Program-made: the position numbers and the translations under genes
Notes under the pieces: generated by a model
The model's database searches: none
What the model was told of the DNA's origin: nothing
The model's input: the letters and a program-made list of their open reading frames with translations, nothing else
Source: Lophium mytilinum
Taxonomy: Eukaryota
Reading direction: 5' to 3'
DNA: 64,000 bases
NCBI GenBank assembly: GCA_010093605.1
Contig: MU004204.1
Coordinates: forward strand, 142,959 to 206,958
Part shown: positions 48,301 to 59,552 of the stretch, in pieces
Layout of the letters: each line of letters starts with the position of its first letter
Numbering within the stretch: the first letter of the stretch is position 1

Positions 48301-49071
48301 CTCGCTGCAGCCACCGATGGCGATTCCATGGCGAGTTCTCTCCAGCAGCTGCCGTGCCGCGTGGAGGCGTGTAATGGCGTCTTTAGCGCCGGCGAGACTC
48401 GCTTCTAATGCAGCTTTAGGCAGTTCATTCCACTCCCATGCACTTCAAACACTTATGTGCCTGAACCCCACGTGTGGTCTAGGGTGTCGCTTGATGCTCA
48501 CAGGGGTAATTCCCCTCATCGGGTGAAGCTCCCTGTTTCTCCCTCAGCCGGCATCGCCAATACCAATAATTACTGGCCCAGCATGTGCCCAGACACTCCA
48601 GAAGACACCCAGAAGGACCCCTCCAGCCGGGCCTCCTGCCTTACGCGAGTCATAGACTGTCCTACCATCACGATCACTTGCGTGTTCGTCTGATGGGCGA
48701 TAACGCTCCTATCTAGGCCTCTCCTACTTGCCCCCATTTGCCGTCGCAGTGGCAACACGGCAAGGGACTGAGTAATTGAGACGATTCTCATACATCATGG
48801 CGGCGCGGAGTTAAAGTTATAGAACGACAAGCGGCGGGCTGCTGTGCCCCATCCGATCCGCGCTGGCTCATCGTGATATAGGTGGGAACCCCCTGTGTCC
48901 TTGCACGTACGCGGTCAGTGATAAGCCTCCCACTTCCTGATCGACGCGGTGATCAGATCGTTGCTCTCCACATGCCCATTTAGCCTTAATAACACTGCAT
49001 CCTCCTTCCTCCACTATTCCTTCGGGATATCTTGGCATTCCTATGAACTGCACGACTTCGCACCGCTCACG

Positions 49072-50537
49072 ATGACTATCCTCGAGCCAGAGTCTGCAAT
49101 CTGGTACACGCTCTGCTGGCTCGTTGTGATAGCGAGAATATGGTCCAGAATCATTCATTATGGCAGCTGGAAGAAACTCAGGGTCGACGATTACCTCGTC
49201 TTACTCGCTATGGTACGACCTCTCCTCAGACGCCCACCCCGCAAGCCACTTGTTCCTTCGGCTTCAAGAACACGAACTACTGCACATGTGTATTTCAGAT
49301 ACTATAGTTGATGCTTATTCGAAGTCTAGGTTACGGACACACTATTGATGGCCTTTATGCACATTGTTCTGGTTACAAGTAGCAACTTGATTGCTCCCGG
49401 CGACGACATCTCAAGTTTCACCCCGGAGGAGATCCGATCGCGCATCTATGGATCCAAACTTGTCCTAGTTGTCGAACAGATGCAGATTATCACCGTCTGG
49501 CTCATCAAAGCTTGCTTGCTCATCATGTATAACCGCATGACGTGAGAAGAGCCTACCATCACCTGTTAGCTTTGGTCGCTAACAAGATCTACAGAATGCT
49601 TCTTCCTCAGCACATCATTGTCAAGGTCGTTGCCGGATACGTTGCGGTCGGCTTTGTATTAATGGAAATACTGTACTTCGGTGTATGGTGCCGACCCTTC
49701 GACCAGTATTGGGCCGTACCAACGAATAGTAGTAAGATTGGCCTTCTTCCCTTAGTCCATAGATACTGACTAGACGGCCAGCTCAATGTTCTGCTGCTAC
49801 TAACCACCTGATAACTAACGCTGTGCTCAACATCTCGTCTGACCTCATGATCATCGCCATACCCATGCCACTATTGTTCAAAGTCAAAATCCCTGCGCAA
49901 AAGAAAGCAATACTAGGCGGTGTGTTCCTCATTGGAACATTTACAGTAAGCATCTCTCAACTTTCAATCCACTTTCGCCTTTATACTTTCCATTATGCTA
50001 ACGTTGCGCCCTCAGATCGTCGCCGCAGCTTTGAACAAGTACTACAGCTTCACACACCCATTCGCGCCTGACTGGACTATCTGGTACCTACGCGAATCCT
50101 ACACCGCCATCCTATGCGCCAATCTACCCCTCACCTGGCAGCTTCTCCAACGCATCTTCAACCTACGCAACTGGTCCTCGAATTCTTACCCTTCGAACGC
50201 ATATGGCCCTAGCACCACTATTCCTCGCTCACATGGCAGGTTCTCCCAACTCAAAGGCAACAGCAACCACACAAACAGTAGAGTAGCCACTACCAAATCG
50301 GCAATAGGGCGATCGAGAAGCGATAGCCAAGAGCGGATAAATGGGAGGCCGCTCGAAATCGTCTGCAATGTGGATTTCGACGTAAGGTCGACGCAGGTCA
50401 AGGGCCCTTCGCAGCTATCTGTGATGGAAATGGGAGATCTTAGCAATAGTAGCAATGAGACCGTGGGTAAGGCGAGGGGGAGTGAGAGTTCTTCTACCAA
50501 GGCTGGGGAGGTGACGACCAGTTGCCATAGGGTCTGA
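49072..50537 (+). CDS. PTH11-like / fungal rhodopsin-domain integral membrane protein
   Basis: Multi-exon (about 4 introns). LRVDDYL, WLIKACLLIMYNRMT, WCRPFDQYW, NISSDLMIIAIPMP, ESYTAILCANLP. Confidence 0.88.
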
Positions 50538-51190
50538 GCAGTTTTCTTTGTTTACGCGCTATGAGTGGGGATACCTGGATACCTGTGTGCTTGGTTTTGT
50601 ATTGTGAGCGATGAACTTTAATTTTCTAATCTCATAAGTGCTGATACATAAATGCGACTCTTGACACAGTCTCCAATAATTACGGCTTGACTACGCGTAG
50701 ATAGCACCTAACATAAACAGCGGGCCGGCGTGGTCCGAAAATCGCATCGCGCCAGTTGAGCAGCTAGCAGACAATTTGGAGGATTCCTCATGGCACCTCT
50801 GGCTGGCAGGGCTGGCCGATTTGAAGCCCTCCAATACGTCATCCAGCGCTGGGTTCGTTGGATTATAGCCCACTCGAAATCTGGGATCACACACCGCAGC
50901 TAAGGGTCTATTACTAGTCCTGCCGGGACAGACCAGGGTCTTGATGATCCTACCCTTGTACCCTGGAGAGATCAATCCTTTGGTGTTGTGGCGTTCAGGG
51001 CGTTGGCCAGCACCAGCCACTCGCGAATCGACTTGGCGATCCAGACTCCAGATCCCAGGTGCCAGCATCGGAACGTCATAGACTTAGCAGGGGTACACCA
51101 TCCTTCAGAACGCGTCTTCAGCTGACCCCTTACTTCCTGGTTCCTCCTCAAGTACTTCTCTATCTCCTACGTCTGCAATTGCTTCCCTTG

Positions 51191-53209
51191 ATGCTCAAAA
51201 AAACATATTCTACTATACCGCGAATTACTCACGCAGCTTCTACATTCCTTCCCAAAGCACGCGCCAACCACCTCCAACTCTCACACTTCAACAATCACAT
51301 CCTCACGCGGAGACCTCTACAACCGCAAACGCGCCTCTTCAACACCACACCCTCCCTCACCATGCCCCCCAAACGCAAAACCCCAGCAGCCCCCTACACC
51401 GACCCCGTAGGATCCGCCCCCAACAAACGCTCCCGCGCCTCGAAGCCCGCCCCGAAAGCCACCGAAAGCAACGGCAACGACCCCCCGTCCTTCGACCACT
51501 CCCGCCCCGAAGAGACCTCTGGCATCGTCCAGCGCGAATTCTACCCCGCCGAACTCTCCAACGAGCGCTGCGCCATGTACAACTCGGGCGAGATCCCTCG
51601 CCCGCTCGCCGTCCTCGAAACCACGCTCTCGGAAACGCGCTCCGCGCGCGAAAAGACCGAGATTGGGGAGAGCGTGGTGCACTGGTTCAAACGCGATCTG
51701 CGCCTGCGCGACAACAAAGGGCTGAGTCTCGCGGCAGCGAAAGCAAAAGCGGGTGGCGTGCCGCTGATCTGCGTGTTTCTGGTAAGTCCGCAAGACTACC
51801 AGGCGCATTTGACGAGTGCGCCGCGGGTGGATTTCGAGATCAGGACGCTGGAGGTGCTGAAGGGGGATTTGGGGAGGCTGGATGTGCCGTTGGTGGTTGA
51901 GACGGTGGAGAAGAGGAGGAGGCTGCCTGGGAGGTTGTTGGAGATGGCGGAGAGGTGGGGCGCGAAGCATGTGTTTTGTAATGTTGAGTATGAGGTGGAT
52001 GAGTTGAGGAGGGAGGAGAGTTTGGTGAAGTTGGGGTTGGAGAAGGGGATTGCGTTTGAGGCGGTGCATGATGATGTGGTGGTGCCGCCGGGTGCGTTGG
52101 TTACGGGGACGGGGAAGCAGTATGCGGTGTATAGTCCGTGGTTTAGGTCGTGGATTAAGCATGTTCATGCGCACGCGGAGTTGTTGAAGGTGTGGGAGGG
52201 ACCTGGGAAGAATCCGAGTGATGCAAGGACGAAGTTTAGGACGTTGTTTGACAGTGAGATGCCTGAGGCGCCGGACAACAAGAAGCTCGAGCCGGAAGAG
52301 AAGAAGAAGTTGGAGCGTTTGTGGCCCGCTGGAGAACATGAGGCGATAGCACGGCTAGAGAAGTTCTTGGGTGAGAAGGTCGGAAAGTACTCCGCCATGA
52401 GGAACTTTCCAACCGCAAATGGTACTGCTTGTGTCAGTGTTCATCACAGCGTCGGTACACTTGCGAGCAGAACCAGTGTACGCATGGCAAGGGACGCCAA
52501 CAACACAAAAAGGCTCGACGCAGGAAATGAAGGTATCAGAGTTTGGATATCAGAAGTCGCGTGGCGAGACTTCTACAAACACGTACTGGCCAACTGGCCA
52601 TACGTCTGGTAAATTTTCCATCCCCCCTTCCTCCTAACCCTCAACTAAACAGGCGGCAGCATGAACAAACCCTTCAAGTACGAATACACCAACATCGAGT
52701 GGGAATACAACACCGAGCACTTCGAAGCCTGGTGCGCTGGCAAGACCGGCTACCCCATTGTCGACGCCGCCATGCGCCAACTAAACTCCACCGGCTACAT
52801 GCACAACCGCTGTCGAATGATCGTCGCTTCGTTCCTCGCCAAAGACCTCCTGCTCGACTGGCGCATGGGCGAGCGCTACTTCATGGAGCACCTCATCGAC
52901 GGCGATTTTGCGTCCAACAATGGCGGGTGGGGCTTCAGTGCGTCTACGGGCGTCGACCCGCAGCCTTACTTCAGGATCTTCAACCCGTTGTTGCAGAGCG
53001 AGAAGTTCGACGCCGAGGGTGACTATATCCGAAAATGGGTGGAGGAGTTGAGGAATGTTGAAGGGAAAGCGATTCATGATCCTTATGGGAGAGGGGCTGC
53101 CGGCGAGGCAAAGAAGAAGGGGTACCCGAAGCAGATTGTTGAGCACAAGTTTGCGAGAGAGAGGGCTTTGACGAGATACAAGGCTGGCATTGGGCGAGAG
53201 ACAGCATGA
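51191..53209 (+). CDS. PHR1: Class I CPD DNA photolyase
   Basis: VHWFKRDLRLRDN, YAVYSPW, EVAWRDFY, intron 52609-52659 giving WPYVC|MNKPF, GKTGYPIVDAAMRQL, GYMHNRCRMIVASFL, DGDFASNNGGW, YFRIFNP. Start is either 51191 or 51362. Confidence 0.95.
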
Positions 53210-53568
53210 TCTTATATTAGAGGTATATTGGAGTACTACCTAGATCTATATTTCTTACTTGTACATATAATGCCCTACGAAAGTCTTCTTCAAAGTTGCG
53301 TGAAGGGGCTTAGTTCTTAGTCCGGCCTTCGCTAGTAGAATCAATTATAACTATTCTTATCGCTCTTTCCTTACAAAGTCTAGAAGGGAAGGCTGGTAGT
53401 ATGGATTCTAGGCTTATTTCGAAGAAATGGCGAGAGCGATGGTATGATGAAGTGAAGGCAAGATACATATCATTTTTCCAGAGGCCGTGGTAGGTATCAC
53501 TTATATGCTGCTTAAAGATCTTGGGATTCGCAGACTTGCGAAGAATATAGGGTGTAGGAACGAAAGGA

Positions 53569-55461
53569 TCATTCCATTTCCAGCTGATCGTGACACCAAT
53601 GAGGATCAGATCGGTCGATGCACCGCAATCGAAGTCTACCTCGCCCATCGTCTTTCTTGGTTAGCCGGTTCGCGTTACAGAGCCCTACTTCGACTTCTTC
53701 GATCACTTTGGACGAGTCGAGCAGTATTGCTATAATGGTCAGCATGAATGGTAAAGCTAGATCAACGGCTTGCAACTTACAAGTCAGAACTGGATCCCGG
53801 ACCGGAGGCCGTATGCAGCCGGATTGTATTTTCCATAGAAGAATGCTTGCGAAAGTTAACAAAGTGTTTAGTGCGACCCAAAGAATGACTCTCCAAGTAG
53901 CGACGCTAGCAATAACGGCAGGTGCAGCCACGTCTATTGTTGTGTTCGGGTTTGTCGAACCACCCAGAGTATTGGTAAGGCCACTCCAGAAGCCCTGGTA
54001 TGCCACTTTTAGTACATTCTCGATAACGATCTGCACAGCAGCAGGGTCGGCAGAGTTAGGGCTCCATGAAGTTATGACATGCATCATATCGAGCCAGGAA
54101 ATTGTTTGCGTTACGGCTGAAAGAGAATACTCTGTCAATGGATCTGACATAACTTCAAATTGCATTTCCCCGGGGTGGGGTAGGCATTCCAGTATAGATG
54201 GTGCGACTAGAGTGGCCCTCGAACCCGCACATTCGACGACGCCAGCGTTGAAGTGGACGCCTGCAATGGCATAGCAAGTCGTTAAATTCGTGCTCGAATG
54301 ATGTGTCACAAATTCGTCGACAGGAAGATCATTGGACCCATCGTCAAAAGGCTTCCAAGAACGGGAGCAATTGGTCAAATTCCCGTGGTTTGGGTATCGA
54401 AAGGCTTTATAGACAACATAGGTGTGTTCACTGACTCTCCATGGCCGAGGAAGTGCGTCGTCATCCAAGGATTCGTTGTTTGGTTTTCGAACCAACCCGA
54501 CAACCGGCGTATCCGGCCTGTAATCGCCGTCACCGATATTGAAGTACGCGTCGTCATTATAATAAACGGCGTCCTGGATTTCTTGCGGGATTGAGCGTAA
54601 TCTTAACCATCTGAAATTGGAGATTTCAAAGGCCGGCATGAAAACCGACTCGACGGTGCTACCATTCGCATAACCTTCGACCTCAGGCGTGAACCTACGC
54701 AGGTTCTTGATTGGGATAGAGATGTTAGTATTTATAGAGTTGCCGAATATCTTGAGTGCCGCCCCCGCGGCTACGTGAAGCTGGACGAGTCTGTATACGG
54801 GCTGGTAATCGCCAGCAACCAGGCGGTACCAAGGTGGCGTAGATGTCCAGTCCGTTGCATGCGCAGAAGCATGTGCGATTTGGAGGTTCGATCTTTGCCC
54901 ATACGTCATTAGGGCAGGCACCCACGTTATCGCGCCAGATAATATTGGGGAAGCCAGCTGGGCAGGCCAACCCAACAGCAGCACAAGGCCTAGAAGTATT
55001 GTCGTCTTGTCTCCACCAAGCAGTGGAGTCCTGAAGGAGATCTGGTTAGATAACTGAGAAAGCTGAAGCCCAGTTTTCTCAAGGGCGATGAAAGCGCAAC
55101 GCCATGCCGTTATAGCCTGCCATGCCGTTATAAAAATACTGATAATCTTTAGACCAACGGAGAAAAGCGTGGTAACGTCGGATTGGGTAAGGTAGTGCTG
55201 CGGTACTCTGTAGACTGGAAACGTGGTCTCTCTGATGCTCCATTGTACCAGACAGGCTAGCAGGATAGTGCAGAAGAGGTGGCCAGGTGCCAACCACCAC
55301 GTTTGGACTATTGACAGAAGACCAGACTGTTCATGCCGCTGTAGGCACTTATGATGTGGCTCTTCCACGTCGGCAGAGCTGATGGAACCTGGGTATTGGA
55401 GAAGTGCGATGCTAGAGCTAGCGCTGTGACCAGAGTATGCCTGGTCTTCCTGGTCGTCCAT
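53569..55461 (-). CDS. Hypothetical membrane glycoprotein (~610-630 aa)
   Basis: Long ORF with three N-terminal hydrophobic segments, a large domain with N-x-S/T sites, and a C-terminal TM. A probable in-frame intron lies at 53730-53780. Confidence 0.8.
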   Translation of the reverse strand: MDDQEDQAYSGHSASSSIALLQYPGSISSADVEEPHHKCLQRHEQSGLLSIVQTWWLAPGHLFCTILLACLVQWSIRETTFPVYRVPQHYLTQSDVTTLFSVGLKIISIFITAWQAITAWRCAFIALEKTGLQLSQLSNQISFRTPLLGGDKTTILLGLVLLLGWPAQLASPILSGAITWVPALMTYGQRSNLQIAHASAHATDWTSTPPWYRLVAGDYQPVYRLVQLHVAAGAALKIFGNSINTNISIPIKNLRRFTPEVEGYANGSTVESVFMPAFEISNFRWLRLRSIPQEIQDAVYYNDDAYFNIGDGDYRPDTPVVGLVRKPNNESLDDDALPRPWRVSEHTYVVYKAFRYPNHGNLTNCSRSWKPFDDGSNDLPVDEFVTHHSSTNLTTCYAIAGVHFNAGVVECAGSRATLVAPSILECLPHPGEMQFEVMSDPLTEYSLSAVTQTISWLDMMHVITSWSPNSADPAAVQIVIENVLKVAYQGFWSGLTNTLGGSTNPNTTIDVAAPAVIASVATWRVILWVALNTLLTFASILLWKIQSGCIRPPVRDPVLTCKLQAVDLALPFMLTIIAILLDSSKVIEEVEVGLCNANRLTKKDDGRGRLRLRCIDRSDPHWCHDQLEME

Positions 55462-57373
55462 ATCGGAAGAGGCTGTTGTAGGCTGTCGATGTTAACGTTA
55501 TGACTGATGCGGAACGTCGGGCTCTTTATAGCTTTTCGACTCCCATAGATTCGGAAAAGAACGTGGCCAGTGCTGTGCAGCCCGCAGGAAAAAGCAACGA
55601 GGCTGAACTTCAGCCTCGCTGATGCGCATGTTGCGTTGCTATATCGGACGATAATGTTCTTGGCACTGAGACTTGATAGGAGGTCAAGTAGCCGCCCTGC
55701 ACGGGGCTGAAGCGGGCTCTTCAGCTACACCTCGGGAACTGATCTACATTGTGGGGTCTAAGACTCCTTGGGCATGCAGGTAGATACAGCCCTTAGACGC
55801 ATTCTGTGGCTAGACTGCAGGTGGCTTTTTAGGAAAGACGGAACGGGACTCCATGAGATTGTGGTTATTGGTACACAGCAGCCTTTCTCAGGGATCAAAA
55901 GCCATCATGACACCGTACCCACTTGTATCGATAACGACGAGACGCGTCTAGGGACTGTAGAAATCTGACCTACTATTGGCTCGTCCGAAGCCGCAGCTCT
56001 CTTTCAGTATCGAAAATACTTGGCTTAGTCTAACCTGCATGCTCTACCTTCGCAGACATAGCCCACTTGAGATATTCTAAGATTGACGAGGAAAGACACA
56101 TCAAGAACACAGAAAGCTCAGCCTCATGGGGGCCAAGTCATGGGGCTCTGCGTATGAACTGCCCTTGTACGGCTGAAAGCGTGAAGGGGCTACGTGGAAC
56201 GATTTGAGCATGGGAGGAGGAAAAATCCCTACTATGTAGTAGCGGAATTCCTCGACTGTAGGCTGAAGAATCTGCGGCGGGAGACTCTAGCCGCGACCAG
56301 AATGGAAGGCGTGACTTTAGTGGGCGTTTATAAGAGAAGGTTTCATTGGCCATGGCTCGATGGCAGACGCCTATCGCAGCAGCTGTCACTTGATGGATAG
56401 CTCAGTGAAGACTATTAACGCTAGGACCATGCCTCAGACGGTGGATTGGGGTTCTCCATTAAATTCAGGTCCGCTCGGTCTCGACCTGGTGTTGACAGAG
56501 CAATCACCTTGCCAAAAAATTGTAGATAAGTCGTGTTATCCGGTTTGCGAAGGGCTGGGTTGTGGTGTAATGGCTCGTCGCGGAGACGTTCGATTCAAGG
56601 AAAGCGGATATGTCACGTGCAATGACACTTGAACATCATGCTAAATGGGAAGAGACGCTCTATTTTCAATCTGGCACAAACTACAATCTTTGATCTTTCG
56701 ATTTCTATCCTCGTACTATAGATAGACCTTTTCGATAGAGCGTAAACCATATCGACGTCCATCTAGCGCCTCTATAGCCACAAAAAGGGCAAAAAAGCCA
56801 GCTTCCATTTCTGCGTCCTCAATATACCGAAGCCAAACGAGTATCTCCAAGGTCACACCATGGGTATCATTCGTTGCTTTATAAAACTCTTAGCGTGTTC
56901 AGTTAGTGGCTTTTCCGCTGTCAAATATTCTATACCTCCTAGAATAACGTAGCCGAATTTCTTACGTATTTCAAGTTGTTTCATGCATATATAGCTATCT
57001 TACCTACTAGTCATCTTTGATGTAGTTTGAGGAGCCTATGAGATGAACGTAAGATAAAGCAGGAAAGAATGAAGTAAAACAAGATAACAGACAATAAAAC
57101 AGAATAAGATGAATCAGTACGAGTAAATAAATCCCGGCTAAGATATTAGTTCAACGCTTGCTTTACATCCACAAATCTCAGCCTTACGCAGCTATGCACG
57201 CTTCATATAACGCAATTTGGTAAATAGGCACCCGGCGTCACAGTTACGAGAATCTTCTTTACTTCTAATGCAATATGCTAGATTGTGTATAGATTTCCAA
57301 ATCTCTAAGATGAGGCTAAGCAGATATATGTGTTGGGGGTGTAGATAAAGGTTTACTTCAGACACCCTTGGTC

Positions 57374-59552
57374 TTATCCACCCCAAGATCCTTCCGGCAG
57401 GCCAGTGCTGCCTAGGTTCGAGCTATATCTGCGGAAACCCACTCCCATGCCAATCGGAACGCTAGACCTCCGCCTCAAAGACCTTCTTCGCGGGGGATGC
57501 GACATGCTTGTCGATCGTATACGCGCTATGCGCTCATTCTCTTCATCGCTCGATTCATCATCTGTGTTCAAGGCGGTACTAGTGCGCGACGCCGTGTGGC
57601 TCAATAGATTGCCTGGTTCGCCATATTCAGATTCAGCCTCCAGGACCTCCTCATCTGATTTGTCGTCCTCGTCGTCTGAGGTCAAAAGGGCATCCGGATC
57701 ATCCGAATCAACCTCCTCATCGTTCGCAAAGCCCTTTCCTTCAATTAGGAAGAAGGTCGGAATGGCCGCCAGGAGCGAGATTGCGCCCAGTATCCAGAAT
57801 GGGGTAATAATGTAGCCGTGCTTTACACCCATTGTGAACATGCCACCTCCAATAGCTGGCCCAAAGGCTCGACCGATGGCGGAAGCGCTCGTGGCCATGC
57901 CATTTAGTGTCCCGAGTGTTTTGAGGCTGCTCGCGCTATTGGTGAGTAGGATAGTGGAGGTTGGGAATGCAAATGTGCCTGCCATGCCGCGGATAATCAT
58001 CAGTACCGACATGACCACGAATCTGGAGGCATTGGTTGGCAAAAGCGCGGTAAATGGCGTGAGGAAGAAGATGAGTGGGAATGTAAGGAAGGCGGTTCGA
58101 AGGCAGCGGAGGACGCCAAATTTCCGGGCGATGGGAGGGAAGAGGATGAGCTGGGAGGCTGTCGCTCCTACGCTGAAGACAGTGAAAAGTAGGCCAGTCT
58201 CGCGGGTACCTTAAATTCACATCAGCTCGAATTCTACTCTGTATATGAGCAGTAAGGCTGATTGACTTACCAACGCCATAGCCGCTCGCAAACTTAAAGG
58301 GCAGAGTGACATCCGGCCCGTTGAGATCCTGAACGGGATGATGCAGGAACACCGGAATGAGTTGGTCGAATGCAACACTATATAGGGCCAACAGCGCATA
58401 CACAAGCAGATTAAGAGATGTTTGGGTTGTCAGGACGTCTCTCCACCTGGGCTTTGGGGCTTGCACCGCGGAGGTGGAGTTTTCAGCGAAGGACTCTTCG
58501 TCGTCTATGAGCCTTGCCGCGGCGCCTGGTGATTTCTTATTTAAGAGGGGCTCTCTTTCGCGATCCTCCGTTTTTCCTTTCCCAGTCAAGGTTCTCACTA
58601 TGCGCCTAAAACTGGCAGTCAATTTCTTCCCTAGGATTATGCCAATATCCCGCTCGTTCTTCTTAGACTCTAGCGATTCCTGCCGTCAAATCAGCTCCAG
58701 CCCTGAGCGCAAATTCCTATGACATTTGCTCATAGTTTCGGGAACATACTTGGAGAAAAAGGAATCCGGTAATGATGCCAGTAAGGAACAATATAGCCGC
58801 TACCATATTTGGCAACGCATACGGATACTTCTCAAAGAATTTCGTGCCTCGAGGTTTTCGGGGATCTGTCTGTAACGGATTTGACAGGGCACCCCCAATC
58901 ATCTGCGGTATTCACGTTAGATTTACAGTTCCCGAGAAAGGCAAGATGATGTGAGTCTTGCATACCGGTCCGACCATGGCCCCAAGCGAGAAGACAAGAG
59001 GCATGATACTGAAAGCCCTTGGTTGCAGCTCCTGCGAAGAGATTAGCACCTACGCTAGTATAAAGAAAGTTCCAGAGCGTTACTCGCTTTCCAAGGGCAC
59101 AATTCCGCCACTACTGTCCGCAGTATTCCTACGTTTCCATTGCCCGCTCCCTGCAGTGCTCTGGCTGCGAAAGCCATAGGCAAAGACGTCGAGAAGCCCC
59201 AGATCAACATGCATATCATGGTATTACACAAGCCAATCAAGATCACAGTCTTGCGGCCAAATCGATCGGAGGCAGCGCCCCAGGGTATGCCGGTGACGCA
59301 CTGGCAGGCTGAGAACACTGAACTTGTCAAGCCAGCCCACCTTGCAATATCATTCTGAGCAACTCCGAAGCTCTCGATCATTTCGGGGAGGTAGGGGAAG
59401 ACCGACGTGAGGGCGATTGGCTCTGCGATCCGGCATATTGCTAAAGTGAGGTTAGTTTTCTGCGAAAAGCTGAAAGCATGGATTCAAGAATCATTGCAAG
59501 GCGTCTTACAAAGTATCACCAGCTGTTTTACTGGTAGACGTCTCTTTGTCAT
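57374..59552 (-). CDS. MFS transporter (DHA/ZIFL-like)
   Basis: MTKRRLPVKQLVIL, intron, ICRIAEPIALTSVFPYLPEM, WGAASDRFGRK (MFS motif A), GAGNGNVGILRT, LGTLNGMATSASAIGRAFGP. About 5 introns. Confidence 0.92.

Noticed and set aside
51317..52339. 340-aa antisense ORF
   Set aside because: Shadow frame of the photolyase; the L/Q/H/P-biased composition reflects the sense-strand codon skew.
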